The notes under the pieces: generated by a model | The model's database searches: none | The model's input: only the letters and a program-made list of their open reading frames with translations | Told to the model about the DNA's origin: nothing | In this document: positions 45,468-55,723 of the stretch, in pieces | How positions within the stretch are numbered: the first letter of the stretch is position 1 | Layout of the letters: the number at the start of each line of letters is the position of its first letter | Position numbers and translations under genes: made by a program | Sequence record: NC_106721.1 | Direction: 5' to 3' (one strand) | Source: Escherichia phage EC148 | DNA: 64,000 nucleotides

Positions 45468-45917
45468 TTAATTTATTAACTGTAAGCTTCTTTTAATTTC
45501 AGACCTTACTTGCATCAAAAGGACTCCTAAAGTATTATCCCCGATGCCTCGGCAAACACCCCAATATGTATCTCCCCAGGTATTTCCTTCGATCAAAGTT
45601 GCATTTTCTGTTGCTAACAGTTTATCTCTTAAATCAGGAATTGCAAACTTTAATCGTAAAAGCTCTAGCATTACATCATCTTTTACTTTATCCCAGTCAG
45701 AGCGTAGGGTTAATTTACGTCCTCTACGTTTAGCAACTCCTGCATTTAGGGAGCGGAGTACATGAGCTACATCATCTTTTTGGTCGGATTTCATAGCCTG
45801 AAAAGCATGTTCTACAGTATCAGCATGCCATATCTCATTTAGATATTCGAAAGTAATTGGTGATAAATAAAAGTTAGATAAGAAACTATAAGTACCTTTA
45901 AATTCAGTAATCTTCAT
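45468..45917 (-). CDS. NADAR / YbiA-like (DUF1768) domain protein
   Basis: 149 aa; LSNFY ... EHAFQA ... GR ... W ... ENxWGDxxWG ... G.GxNxLG ... VR matches the NADAR family pattern. Confidence 0.65.
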   Translation of the reverse strand: MKITEFKGTYSFLSNFYLSPITFEYLNEIWHADTVEHAFQAMKSDQKDDVAHVLRSLNAGVAKRRGRKLTLRSDWDKVKDDVMLELLRLKFAIPDLRDKLLATENATLIEGNTWGDTYWGVCRGIGDNTLGVLLMQVRSEIKRSLQLIN

Positions 45918-46198
45918 TTTTTACGCCCCGCATCTTTAGCCTCCTCGGCTGTATAGATATACTGATAAGCCCCTTTGGAGTAGGCTGGAGCAGTACACAT
46001 TTTCTTACGCTCAATCTCTTCTTGAGCTTTTCTTTCGCGTTCCGCTAATTCTTCGTCCAAATAAACTAAACGTTGTTCTGGAGGAGGTGGAAGACGTGTT
46101 TCTGGCTCGCCAATATTAGCCTTTCTTATTTGACGAGGTGATTGTGCACGTTTTCTCAATGGTTTAAATCCTAATGAATTTGAGTTATAGATCCGCAT
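45914..46198 (-). CDS. hypothetical protein
   Basis: 94 aa ORF. Confidence 0.4.
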   Translation of the reverse strand: MRIYNSNSLGFKPLRKRAQSPRQIRKANIGEPETRLPPPPEQRLVYLDEELAERERKAQEEIERKKMCTAPAYSKGAYQYIYTAEEAKDAGRKK

Positions 46199-46225
46199 AA
46201 AGCCCTCCTCACTTTCAATACGAAT

Positions 46226-46254
46226 ATTATACTAAATTATAGGGCTTTAAGCAA
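46226..46254 (-). promoter_or_regulatory. early promoter, TTGCTT-17-TATAAT
   Basis: conserved cassette. Confidence 0.55.
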
Positions 46255-46275
46255 GAGAATTTTTTAATTTATTTA

Positions 46276-46764
46276 TCACATCTCAGCCATTTCAGCTTCA
46301 GTAATAACTGTATTACATAAGGCGTCTACAGCCTCATTACCACTAATACCAGAATGTCCTTTAACCTTAATAAAGGTAGGGTTAGTATTATGAAAGTTGA
46401 TATACTGCTGTGTTAATTTAAATGCTTCCTGCCAAAGTTCTAGATTAAGAGGAACTTCACCATCTGCTTTCTTCCAGCCTTTCCTTTGCCAAGAAAACAT
46501 CCAACTTTCCATGCCATTTTTGCAATAAGCAGAGTCAGTATAGATAGCAATTGGTCTATTATCTTTTTTAACAGACCAACGTAGGGCTTCTACGATAGCT
46601 GTGAGTTCCATCTCATTATTTGTAGTTTTAGGATTATAACCAGATTTAGAACCTAAACGATCGTCGTTATCATCATAGACAATAAAACCCCAAGCACCTG
46701 GACCTGGATTAGACTTACAAGCACCATCTGTGTAAATGTGGAAAACCGACATTATACCTCCCAA
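46276..46764 (-). CDS. rnh: ribonuclease H
   Basis: 162 aa; RNase HI motifs YTDGAC, GPG, TNNxxEL, YTDS, KVKGHSG..GNE..D. Confidence 0.7.
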   Translation of the reverse strand: MGGIMSVFHIYTDGACKSNPGPGAWGFIVYDDNDDRLGSKSGYNPKTTNNEMELTAIVEALRWSVKKDNRPIAIYTDSAYCKNGMESWMFSWQRKGWKKADGEVPLNLELWQEAFKLTQQYINFHNTNPTFIKVKGHSGISGNEAVDALCNTVITEAEMAEM

Positions 46765-47033
46765 CTAATTTTAAGACCCATGTCTACAAAGGCGGCTTCT
46801 CGGTAGTATTGAGAGAGATGATACCCCTTATCCGATAAGGTTTTTAGTACCGATTTAGCGGCTCCTGGCATTTCTCTAGGATTATATAGCCACCTAGCGT
46901 AAGGATTATCTCGAATAATTACTTCTGTATTTCCAGACTTAGCAGCTTCTACAATCTTTTCTTCTATAAACTTTAGAAAAGCGGGTACTTCTGTTAATCC
47001 TGCAAGTTCTTGGGCTTCTTTGGCTGAAATCAT
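46752..47033 (-). CDS. hypothetical protein
   Basis: 93 aa ORF. Confidence 0.4.
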   Translation of the reverse strand: MISAKEAQELAGLTEVPAFLKFIEEKIVEAAKSGNTEVIIRDNPYARWLYNPREMPGAAKSVLKTLSDKGYHLSQYYREAAFVDMGLKISWEV

Positions 47034-47233
47034 GGCTTTTCACCTTCTGCTACACTTCTGGTTTTTGGTGGGATGGGAGGGTTAGGTTTTATAGCCGCTA
47101 ATTCCCTATCTAAGAATTCCTCTATTGCTCTATCTACAAAGTAGTCATAGGGTAAATGATAATGTTCTGATAGAGTAAGAAGTTTGTGCTCTTGGCTTTC
47201 TGTTAAATAAACTTTCTTTCTAAAGAGTCCCAT
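47030..47233 (-). CDS. hypothetical protein
   Basis: 67 aa ORF. Confidence 0.35.
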   Translation of the reverse strand: MGLFRKKVYLTESQEHKLLTLSEHYHLPYDYFVDRAIEEFLDRELAAIKPNPPIPPKTRSVAEGEKP

Positions 47234-47280
47234 ATGTGTATCTCCAATCTATAAAATATATTATATTTAAATTTCGAAAT

Positions 47281-47308
47281 TTAAATATAATAGCCCCGAA
47301 GGGCTATT
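47281..47308 (-). terminator. rho-independent terminator candidate
   Basis: stem TAGCCC/GGGCTA with CGAA loop and U-tract on minus strand after the thyA stop. Confidence 0.5.
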
Positions 47309-47312
47309 TAAA

Positions 47313-48167
47313 TTACACAGTGAATGGATATGCAATAGCAGGATGGTGTTCGTAACCACGAACAGTAAAATCATCCTTATTTACCCAGGTCAATACATCC
47401 TCCAGAGTTCGGATATTTGGATTGATTTCTAGAGTAGGAGGTGCAAAGGGTTCACGATCAAATTGCTTATGCTCCATCAAAACATTATACTGATCCTCAT
47501 AGATATGAAGATTGATAATCTTCTGGCGTGCAATCCCTGGTTTAAGGCCTGTAATCTGTGCCATTAATGCTAGAAGCGTATAGCACTGAACCATGTTAAA
47601 TACTTGGCCTAACAGGAAGTCATTAGATCTCTGGAAAGAGTTCAGATATAATGTATCTCCCAAAATAGAGAACTGATGAGTATGCATACATGGACGTAAG
47701 CAACCCTTTGAGAACTCCCCCGGATTCCAGAAGGTTAGAATTTCCCCACGATCATCAATGCCCTTTTTCAGATTATGATAAATCTTGGCTAGTTGGTCAA
47801 ACATAAGACCATCGGAATTAGTCCACTGACGTCCTTGAACACCATAGACTCGTCCCATATCATCCTCACCTTTACGGTATGGATTGTCTAGCCAAGCTAA
47901 GTTTTCATTTGCATTAGCATTCCATGTGTTAACACCAATAGCGCGGAATTGTGCTGCTGAATCATACCCACGTAGATACCCAATCATTTCCATTATTGCT
48001 TGTTTTGCAAACGCCTTACGAGTAGTAATAAGTGGGAATTCACCTGCACCTACGTTAAAAGTAAAATCTGCATCAATAATGGTGAGGCAACGAACCCCTG
48101 TTCTGGGATTCGTTACCCACTGACCTTCTGATAGAATACGTTTTCCAACTTCTATATACTGATCCAT
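47313..48167 (-). CDS. thyA: thymidylate synthase
   Basis: 284 aa; FPLITTRK and PCMHTHQF ... QRSNDFLLG ... FN ... Y.LL..M.AQ pattern typical of ThyA. Confidence 0.7.
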   Translation of the reverse strand: MDQYIEVGKRILSEGQWVTNPRTGVRCLTIIDADFTFNVGAGEFPLITTRKAFAKQAIMEMIGYLRGYDSAAQFRAIGVNTWNANANENLAWLDNPYRKGEDDMGRVYGVQGRQWTNSDGLMFDQLAKIYHNLKKGIDDRGEILTFWNPGEFSKGCLRPCMHTHQFSILGDTLYLNSFQRSNDFLLGQVFNMVQCYTLLALMAQITGLKPGIARQKIINLHIYEDQYNVLMEHKQFDREPFAPPTLEINPNIRTLEDVLTWVNKDDFTVRGYEHHPAIAYPFTV

Positions 48168-48700
48168 TAATAAGTAACCAATTCCTGTACAAATCGCAGG
48201 CTGTTATCACTGTTTGCGCCAGTTGCGTAAACTAAACGAGTAGATTCATAGTTGTAATCTAGAATCGTATTATCCAGATATACATCTGCCTCTAGTTTTT
48301 GATTACTAAAGATTGTGGATACAAAAGCACTTTCAATATGACCATATTGATACATTTCTAGAAGAAGGTTAGCACCACCTAGAACTACTGTCTGCTGATC
48401 TTTCAGAAATGTAGGTAAAGCATCCCCAATCTTAGAAATTGGGGTGTAAATATCATGTGTAATATCATCTGGCAGTGGACGATCAGCACGAATAAATAGG
48501 TCAGAAGCTCCAATCATACGTTCTCTAACGGCGTATGGAAGAGCTAAATAAGTACCCGCACCAATGATGATGTTATCTGGATTCAACACGTCCAGTTGAG
48601 AATAGAAAGCATCTAGTTCTTCTTTGAAGGAACCCCATGGAAGTTTACCGCGGAGGCCGAACTCCCCATTCGGCCCAACTGCATACATTGCTGTAATCAT
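48167..48700 (-). CDS. dihydrofolate reductase
   Basis: 177 aa; N-terminal [22 protein letters not shown] resembles the DHFR signature; adjacent to thyA. Confidence 0.55.
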   Translation of the reverse strand: MITAMYAVGPNGEFGLRGKLPWGSFKEELDAFYSQLDVLNPDNIIIGAGTYLALPYAVRERMIGASDLFIRADRPLPDDITHDIYTPISKIGDALPTFLKDQQTVVLGGANLLLEMYQYGHIESAFVSTIFSNQKLEADVYLDNTILDYNYESTRLVYATGANSDNSLRFVQELVTY

Positions 48701-49842
48701 AAGAAATCTCCAAATTCATTACCCAGATCTTTCAGAGTATCAGTAGAGGTCTCAGTTACCTGACCTACACGGTAGGCTGCACCAATCTGGATTTCTTGTG
48801 GAGCAGGCTGTAGAGAAGTAGTATCCAACCAGTTCATAATCCACGGAATAGGGTTTTTGGTGATTACTGGTAAATGACTAGGCCATTCTACACCGATGTG
48901 CATAAATGCATTACGTCCCACAAAATACAGATATTCTTCTAGAAGTTCTGCATTCAAGCCAATCAGACTACGACCTTTGAAAATGAAATGACCCCATTCA
49001 ATTTCAGTTTTCAGAGTTTTCAGGAGCTGTGCTGGTGCTTTAGCCACTGCTTCATCTACCAGATCTTTGTCAAATTGCTGAAACATAATCTGGATGATTG
49101 CTTTGGACATCTGAGTGTGCAGAGCTTCATCTTTAGCGATTAATTGCAGATTTTTAGCAATACCTTGCAGAATATCGTTCTCTGCTAATGCAAAGGTACA
49201 TGCAAAGGATGCGTAAAACTGCATTGCTTCCAGACCATAGATCGCAAAGTAAGCGTCTAATAGTTTAGCCTGAGTTTCACGTTTAACTTCAGGGAACTCA
49301 GTTTCTGGATATGTATTGTCGCCACGATGATCGCGTACTGCGATGAAATACTGACCTAACTGGTACAGTTCATCGAATAGTTCAACAGAATCAGCGATGC
49401 GCGCGAATGCTTCTTGGTTTTTGGTTACAGAATCAATAAATTCTGCTGGATCAGTCAGCACATTACGAATAATATTGCTATAAGCACGACTATGCAGGTC
49501 TTCAAAATAGCTCCACTGTTTGAGCATACCTTCCAATTCTGGACGACTTACAAGCGGCATAATAGCTGCTTCAGGGGCACGACTGATAAAGGAATCAGTT
49601 TGAGTTTGCCATGCTAAGTTCAGGAGTGTAATTTCCTGAATTTCTCGTGGGAGATTAGGCCATTGTTTCTTATCTGCTTCCAGACTGATTTCAGTTTCAG
49701 TCCAAAATTGAGAGCGCTGCAGAAGTGCCAGACGTTCTAGTTCTGGATGTGCTACACGTACATAATCTGCGATACCGAGAGAATCTCCCAGGAAAAGGTC
49801 GGCGTTAGTATGATCCCAATTCAGGTTTAGTAAAGTAGTCAT
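48697..49842 (-). CDS. nrdB: ribonucleotide reductase class I small subunit
   Basis: 381 aa immediately downstream of NrdA; size and position typical. Confidence 0.65.
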   Translation of the reverse strand: MTTLLNLNWDHTNADLFLGDSLGIADYVRVAHPELERLALLQRSQFWTETEISLEADKKQWPNLPREIQEITLLNLAWQTQTDSFISRAPEAAIMPLVSRPELEGMLKQWSYFEDLHSRAYSNIIRNVLTDPAEFIDSVTKNQEAFARIADSVELFDELYQLGQYFIAVRDHRGDNTYPETEFPEVKRETQAKLLDAYFAIYGLEAMQFYASFACTFALAENDILQGIAKNLQLIAKDEALHTQMSKAIIQIMFQQFDKDLVDEAVAKAPAQLLKTLKTEIEWGHFIFKGRSLIGLNAELLEEYLYFVGRNAFMHIGVEWPSHLPVITKNPIPWIMNWLDTTSLQPAPQEIQIGAAYRVGQVTETSTDTLKDLGNEFGDFL

Positions 49843-49873
49843 TGATTTTCCTCTTTCTCACTATTTCAGGAAT

Positions 49874-49902
49874 ATTATAGCAAATCTGGTAGCGATTAGC
49901 AA
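49874..49902 (-). promoter_or_regulatory. early promoter, TTGCTA-17-TATAAT
   Basis: conserved cassette between nrdA and nrdB. Confidence 0.5.
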
Positions 49903-49948
49903 GTAAAATTTCAAAGAAAAAGGAGACCCGAAGATCTCCTTGTTTTTA

Positions 49949-52384
49949 TTAAATAGTACAACCGCCTGATGCACAACCAGCTGCTTCTTCTCCAGCACCA
50001 CCACCATTTGCGGTGTTGAAGTTAGCATAATACCAAGTTTTCCACCCGTATTTAACAGCAGTCATGAAATCACGAACTACTACTGGGCCAGGAATAATTT
50101 CATTCTCAAACTTGGTGTAGTCGTAGTACATATTAGTACTAACAGACTGGCTGAAGAATTTCTGCATAGTTGCTACCCATTTGATCCACTCGATACGATC
50201 TACATCATAAGCCAATTTATAGCTCATTAACGTTTCCCAATCGGTTGCACCTGGAGCAATTGCAATTACTTTATTTACTGCACTACCCTTGATAGATACA
50301 ATCTTACGAGGTGGTTCGATAGAGTTAGTAACACCTAACAGAACAGAAGAACTTTCTCCCGGCATCTGAGCAGTCAGAACAGAGTTACGCATACCATATT
50401 TCAGAATATCTGCACGCAGAGACTCCCAGTCCATTTCTAGACCTACGGATACCAGCTCATCAACAGTTTTCTTGTACGTGTCGATTACCAGAATTCCTTT
50501 AGATGGTTTAGTACGATCAAACCACTCACATGCACCCTGTTCCTTAGCCAGGCGTACAGAGGCTTTATGCAGGAAGTAAGACAGTTTTTCAGCCTCACGG
50601 TGGATCCAGTTACGAGCTTCAATACCTTCGTAAGCCAGACCTTCTGCTGCCATTGCACCTGCTGCGTTCATTAGGCCAATACCGACATTACGACGTTTCT
50701 TAGCCGTATATTCCATAGTTGGGAACGGATAATCCTGAATTTCAATAATTGTATCAACGAATTTCAGAAGGATGTAGCAAGTTTTTTCCCACTCAGCCAG
50801 AGATTCCATGCGTCCAAGTACAACACCACCTAAGTTACACAGAGATACTTCACCAATATCCTCCGGCTTCATTTGATCAAGCTGCTCTTTTGTCTTGTAC
50901 AGCTCTGTAATGTGATGGAACGGGCGTGTAGGCTGAGTAATTTCAACACAAAGGTTTGTCATACGGATCGGATCAAGGAAGTTACCGTGACGATTAGATT
51001 CCCCAATGTGGTGAGCATACATACGTCCTGTTTCCATTCGGATACGTAGCCAAGTATCTAGGATTTCTTTTGCAGAGACTTTAGGAGCTGCAGGAACTGT
51101 TTTTCCTTCGTGGTCGATCTTTGTAAGAGATGCCACACGTTTCTCCGCTGCCACGTAGATTTCTTCAAATTTAGCCTCGTCATCACTATAAAACGCTTCA
51201 TGAACTTCTGGAGCATAGAAGTATGACATTAGCGTAATATCTTCGTTTTTAAGATAACGTTTTAACAAAAGATTGTTAAAGCTCAGAGAATAATCCATCT
51301 TATCGATTTTATTCTCATCTGTAGCACGTTGTTGCTTAACCTGCATCAATTGAATGATTTCAGGGTCGAAGTATGGATAAGACACTGTAGCAGAACCACC
51401 ACGAGTTTGCTGAGTATTGGCCTTTACTGAGCGGTCAATGTGTCGATAATACGGCAGTTTTCCGGAATGCGGGAATGCCCCATTTCGCACCGGATCAGCA
51501 ATTGATCGGCTTTCAAGATGATACCCGATTCCCGCTCTGGCTGCGACCATTTTGAAGACGATGTGCTCGGCGGTGTCGATTGAATCCAACGTGTCAGTGG
51601 AATCCACGAGACAGCAACTAGCAAATCCACGGTCACTAGAGCGCAGACCAACCAGTGGCGGCGTAGGAACGTTGATTTTGTGGAGCGACATTGCGTTGTA
51701 GAGGTCGATTGCATCTAGAATTGTCCAGTTAGGTTGAGATAACATCGCCATTGCCATACCCATGTAGGCGAATTGCGGGGTTTCATAAATTTCACCAGTG
51801 GCTATATTACGACGGGAATACTTATCAAAGAACTGCTTCAGCCCACCACTAGTAAAAAGACGGTCACGATCATGGTCGATAACCTGATTCAGAGCTTCAA
51901 ATTGCTCATCGGTAATCCATGCACTCATGTCTTCCCATGCACCTACGCTAACCATGTGGTCATGGAAGAAGCGTAAAGAAGGTGGTTCGAAAGAGTCATA
52001 AAGGCGTTTACGCATTTGCGCAAGACGTAATTCCTTTGCTGGCACATCGTATGCTGGATTATCTTTAATAAGACTTTCAGCAGCTTTAATTAATGCATCC
52101 ATCAGAGTGTCGGAATCTACAACCCCTTTAGGCAGAGTTTTTTGAGCAGCCATAGTAATGGCTGACCAGCTTACATCAACTGTTTTGCAACCATACTCTG
52201 CCCAACCATTGATTTTTTCAGGAGCAAAGTCTTCTACAGTACCGTCACGTTTAATTACTTTTTCAATGCGATGGCTCATTTGGCTTTCCTTTTTATAGTT
52301 ATCAGGATTTAAGGAATATTCTACTTTATTATCGGTCATTAGGCAAATAAAATTTTCTGATAGAAAAGGCCCGAGTATTTTCAT
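49949..52384 (-). CDS. nrdA: ribonucleotide reductase class I large subunit
   Basis: 811 aa (true start probably an internal Met); ATP-cone-like N-terminus, active-site NLCVEI, C-terminal Cys pair. Confidence 0.8.
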   Translation of the reverse strand: MKILGPFLSENFICLMTDNKVEYSLNPDNYKKESQMSHRIEKVIKRDGTVEDFAPEKINGWAEYGCKTVDVSWSAITMAAQKTLPKGVVDSDTLMDALIKAAESLIKDNPAYDVPAKELRLAQMRKRLYDSFEPPSLRFFHDHMVSVGAWEDMSAWITDEQFEALNQVIDHDRDRLFTSGGLKQFFDKYSRRNIATGEIYETPQFAYMGMAMAMLSQPNWTILDAIDLYNAMSLHKINVPTPPLVGLRSSDRGFASCCLVDSTDTLDSIDTAEHIVFKMVAARAGIGYHLESRSIADPVRNGAFPHSGKLPYYRHIDRSVKANTQQTRGGSATVSYPYFDPEIIQLMQVKQQRATDENKIDKMDYSLSFNNLLLKRYLKNEDITLMSYFYAPEVHEAFYSDDEAKFEEIYVAAEKRVASLTKIDHEGKTVPAAPKVSAKEILDTWLRIRMETGRMYAHHIGESNRHGNFLDPIRMTNLCVEITQPTRPFHHITELYKTKEQLDQMKPEDIGEVSLCNLGGVVLGRMESLAEWEKTCYILLKFVDTIIEIQDYPFPTMEYTAKKRRNVGIGLMNAAGAMAAEGLAYEGIEARNWIHREAEKLSYFLHKASVRLAKEQGACEWFDRTKPSKGILVIDTYKKTVDELVSVGLEMDWESLRADILKYGMRNSVLTAQMPGESSSVLLGVTNSIEPPRKIVSIKGSAVNKVIAIAPGATDWETLMSYKLAYDVDRIEWIKWVATMQKFFSQSVSTNMYYDYTKFENEIIPGPVVVRDFMTAVKYGWKTWYYANFNTANGGGAGEEAAGCASGGCTI

Positions 52385-52421
52385 ACCCAGGCCCTGTATA
52401 TTACCAGTCTAGCTTTTTAGC

Positions 52422-52644
52422 TTATTCAATTACTTTAGTTCTAGCTACTTCTTTTAATAGAATATCTATGGAGGTGCTCAACTCGTTATAATTGAATGGT
52501 TTATTTGGATTTGAGGTTACAATTTTCCACGCTAGGGTTGTCTTAGGACTTTCTTCCCCTTCCTTACGTGTAATCATATTAGCAGCACTCAGTGAAGTAC
52601 GATGTATTTTAGTTTTACGGCTCAGATGAACGACGTTTCCCATA
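52422..52644 (-). CDS. hypothetical protein
   Basis: ORF track 52422..52712 overlaps phoH; start moved to ATG at 52644 with GGAAGGTG RBS. Confidence 0.35.
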
Positions 52645-53406
52645 TTACACCTTCCCCATGTCTTTAAAGATGTCATAGAATGCTTTAGACTCAACAGAAC
52701 GAACGTTATCAATCAATTCGATCATTGAGAATGGGGCATTTTCGTATTTCTCATAGACTTCCATAAGGAGTGCTAGACCTGAGTCACCTTTAATGTCTTT
52801 CTGAGCTATATCTCCGCAGATAATTAAACGGCAGTCTTGCCCTACACGAGTTAGAAGACAAATCATTGCCTCAACGGAAATATTCTGAGCTTCATCGACA
52901 ATTACATAGGAGTTGTTGAAAGTTCTGCCACGAGCATGTTCGACAGCCAAAAATTTAATTTTCTGACGTTCGACATATCCCTTATAGGCATGATCGCCGA
53001 TGGCCCATTTCATACCATCAGCTATTGGCTCCAACCAAGGCTCTAGCTTTTCTGCTAGATCACCAGGAAGCATACCAAGAGACTTACCTAGAGGTTCATT
53101 AGGACGTACGAGGATCACTTGCTCAATATCTGAGTGAATGTCTACGAGTTCCTGAGCTGCAAGAACGGACGGAATAAAGGTTTTACCAGTACCTGGCTCA
53201 CCGATGCCCACAGTCACTGTGTTGTTCTTGATCATATTGATATATGATTTTTGCTCGCGGTTTTTACCTACTAGGGATTTAGCAACTGGGTTAGCGTAAT
53301 CATTAGAAAAATCAGCCTGAATTACGTTATTCTCATACTTGTTGCCACGCTTTCTTGAACCATTGCGGTTCTCTCTTTTTTGACGTGCTTTTCCCATAAA
53401 TAACAC
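52645..53406 (-). CDS. phoH: PhoH-like ATPase
   Basis: 253 aa; Walker A GEPGTGKTF and PhoH-like layout. Confidence 0.7.
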   Translation of the reverse strand: MLFMGKARQKRENRNGSRKRGNKYENNVIQADFSNDYANPVAKSLVGKNREQKSYINMIKNNTVTVGIGEPGTGKTFIPSVLAAQELVDIHSDIEQVILVRPNEPLGKSLGMLPGDLAEKLEPWLEPIADGMKWAIGDHAYKGYVERQKIKFLAVEHARGRTFNNSYVIVDEAQNISVEAMICLLTRVGQDCRLIICGDIAQKDIKGDSGLALLMEVYEKYENAPFSMIELIDNVRSVESKAFYDIFKDMGKV

Positions 53407-53470
53407 TCCTATAGTGTACTTCGCTAACAGAGGATCAACAAAAAGATCTTGTTTATCAACTTACAAATAT

Positions 53471-53499
53471 ATTATACCAATATATACAGTAAAAAGCAA
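53471..53499 (-). promoter_or_regulatory. early promoter, TTGCTT-17-TATAAT
   Basis: conserved cassette in the divergent intergenic region. Confidence 0.55.
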
Positions 53500-53691
53500 C
53501 TACAATTTTAAATAAGCCTATGATATTGCATTTAAATAAAAAATTTGCTTGCTTTTAACGTGAGATGTGTGATACTAGATAATCATTTTATATCGCGTGC
53601 ACGAGTGCGTGATTATACAATTTTTAATAGAGATTGGCAAATAAAATTTTTTGACTCAGATCATGTTACAGAACTTTATAGTAAAATATTG

Positions 53692-53720
53692 TTGACATCC
53701 ACCCTCGAATGAGTTATAAT
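53692..53720 (+). promoter_or_regulatory. plus-strand promoter, TTGACA-17-TATAAT
   Basis: perfect consensus hexamers 30 bp upstream of nrdD. Confidence 0.65.
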
Positions 53721-53749
53721 AGTAGTCTTAGTTAGAGAAGGAGAGTATA

Positions 53750-55624
53750 ATGAATCGCAATGAAGAACTAAAGTATAAAGAAATGCAGGCGTTAATTAGA
53801 AACTGCAAAGAGATTATCGAAGGGTCAGCAGATGAAGAGCTGCTGTTTAATAATGCCAATAAACCCTCAGAACGTTTCCCTACACAGAGGGATATGCTTG
53901 CAGGTGAATTGAGTAAGTATCTGATTCTAGAAGAAATGCCAATTCAGATTCGAAATGCTCATATGATTGGGGATATTCATTTCCATGATGCTGATTATGC
54001 TGCATTAGGCATGACTAATTGTTGTCTGGTAGCTCTGGAAGATATGTTGAAGAATGGTATGAAGGTTGGTAATGCTGAAATTAGCACTCCAAACTCTATC
54101 ACTACTGCGGCAGCTATTACAGCTCAGATTATCACACAGGTTAGCTCCCATCAGTATGGTGGTACTTCCGTGGATCGCCTTGATGAAGTATTAGCTCCTT
54201 ATGTTCGTAAATCCTATGACAAAAATCATGCGTTTGCAAAACGTTGGACTAAAGATGAGGCCAAAGCATCAGTAATGGCTACGGAGATGACTGAAAAAGA
54301 AGTTTATGATGCCTGTCAGGGTCTAGAATATGAAATCAATACCATGTTCAACTCTAATGGTCAGAGTCCATTTATTACCTTTGGTTTTGGTCTAGGAACT
54401 TCTTGGGAAGCACGTCTAGTACAGAAAGCAATACTGAAAGTACGCATGGATGGCTTAGGTATCAATAAACGTACAGCTATCTTCCCGAAACTGGTATTTG
54501 TACTTCGTGATGGCGTTAACATGAAACCAGGAGATGTTAATTATGACATCAAGAAGTTAGCTATGAAATGTACTGCTGAACGTATGTATCCAGATTATAT
54601 CAGCTATGATAAGGTTGTGGAAGTTACTGGTGACTATAAAGTTTCTATGGGCTGCCGTTCATTCCTAGCTGCTACAGAAGATGGTGAAACTGCCGGTCGT
54701 AATAACTTAGGTGTTGTTTCTGTAAACTTGCCTAGAATTGCTATCGAAGCTGAAGGAAATATTGATCTATTCTTTGATTTGCTTGAGCTACGTGTGGATA
54801 CAGCATTAAAAGCGTTGGAGTGGAGAGTTGATCGCTTAAAATACATTCAAGCTAAAGCTGCACCCATCCTCTATATGTCAGGAGCCTTTGGACTGCGCTT
54901 GGAGCCTGATGAATACGTATTCGATCATTTCTATAACCGTGCTTCTGTATCTCTAGGATATATTGGTTGTCATGAAATGCTACAGTTCATGTTTGGCAAA
55001 GATGTAGACACAATGTCCGAGACCAGCATCAAGTTTGTTCAGCGTGTATTGCAGTACATGCGAGATAGAGTCGATCAGAAGAAGGAAGAAACTAAGTTAG
55101 GTTATAGCCTGTATGCTACACCGTCAGAGTCCCTGTGTGATAGGTTTTGCCGTTTAGATCGTGAATATTTCCCGGAGCATGAAGATATTCTGTCCAAAGG
55201 ATACTACACTAACTCTCACCACCTTGATGTGGAACGTAAAGTTGCTCCCAATGTGAAATTTGATTATGAATCTAACTTTACTCCGATTGCTTCTGGTGGG
55301 TGTATTTCCTATGTAGAACTACCGGATATGAAACGATTCCCAGATGCACTAGAATGGGTTATTAATTATGCTGCTAGTAAAGTTCATTACTTCGGTATTA
55401 ATACTCCAGTGGATTCTTGTGGTAAATGTGGATTCTTAGGTGAAACAATAGCATCCGAAGATGGATTTAAGTGCCCTATCTGTGGTAATCATGACCCCGA
55501 AACTCTTGAAGTAACTCGTCGAGTTTGTGGGTATCTTGGAAATCCAGGTGCTCGTCCATTTAACCCAGGCAAACAGCATGAGGTTATGGGCAGGGTGAAA
55601 CATCAGGATATTCGAGCTAAGTAA
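53750..55624 (+). CDS. nrdD: anaerobic ribonucleoside-triphosphate reductase (class III)
   Basis: 624 aa; C-terminal zinc ribbon CGKCGF ... CPICG and glycyl-radical motif RVCGYLG. Confidence 0.8.
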   Translation: MNRNEELKYKEMQALIRNCKEIIEGSADEELLFNNANKPSERFPTQRDMLAGELSKYLILEEMPIQIRNAHMIGDIHFHDADYAALGMTNCCLVALEDMLKNGMKVGNAEISTPNSITTAAAITAQIITQVSSHQYGGTSVDRLDEVLAPYVRKSYDKNHAFAKRWTKDEAKASVMATEMTEKEVYDACQGLEYEINTMFNSNGQSPFITFGFGLGTSWEARLVQKAILKVRMDGLGINKRTAIFPKLVFVLRDGVNMKPGDVNYDIKKLAMKCTAERMYPDYISYDKVVEVTGDYKVSMGCRSFLAATEDGETAGRNNLGVVSVNLPRIAIEAEGNIDLFFDLLELRVDTALKALEWRVDRLKYIQAKAAPILYMSGAFGLRLEPDEYVFDHFYNRASVSLGYIGCHEMLQFMFGKDVDTMSETSIKFVQRVLQYMRDRVDQKKEETKLGYSLYATPSESLCDRFCRLDREYFPEHEDILSKGYYTNSHHLDVERKVAPNVKFDYESNFTPIASGGCISYVELPDMKRFPDALEWVINYAASKVHYFGINTPVDSCGKCGFLGETIASEDGFKCPICGNHDPETLEVTRRVCGYLGNPGARPFNPGKQHEVMGRVKHQDIRAK

Positions 55625-55630
55625 GCTAAT

Positions 55631-55666
55631 CAGCCGGGTTGCTAGTCGACCTGGCTTTTATTTTAT
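55631..55666 (+). terminator. terminator candidate
   Basis: imperfect stem AGCCGGG/CCTGGCT followed by TTTTATTTTATTT. Confidence 0.45.
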
Positions 55667-55695
55667 TTGCTTTCAGCCAAAAATTTATATATAAT
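55667..55695 (+). promoter_or_regulatory. plus-strand early promoter, TTGCTT-17-TATAAT
   Basis: same cassette as the minus-strand promoters, with leader ATTTATAAATTTGAGAGGAG. Confidence 0.55.
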
Positions 55696-55723
55696 AGATT
55701 TATAAATTTGAGAGGAGAAAGAT

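Noticed and set aside
51424-51714. 96 aa ORF inside nrdA in another frame, and the 67 aa plus-strand ORF 51773..51976
   Set aside because: Both are embedded in the NrdA coding region; no independent signals.
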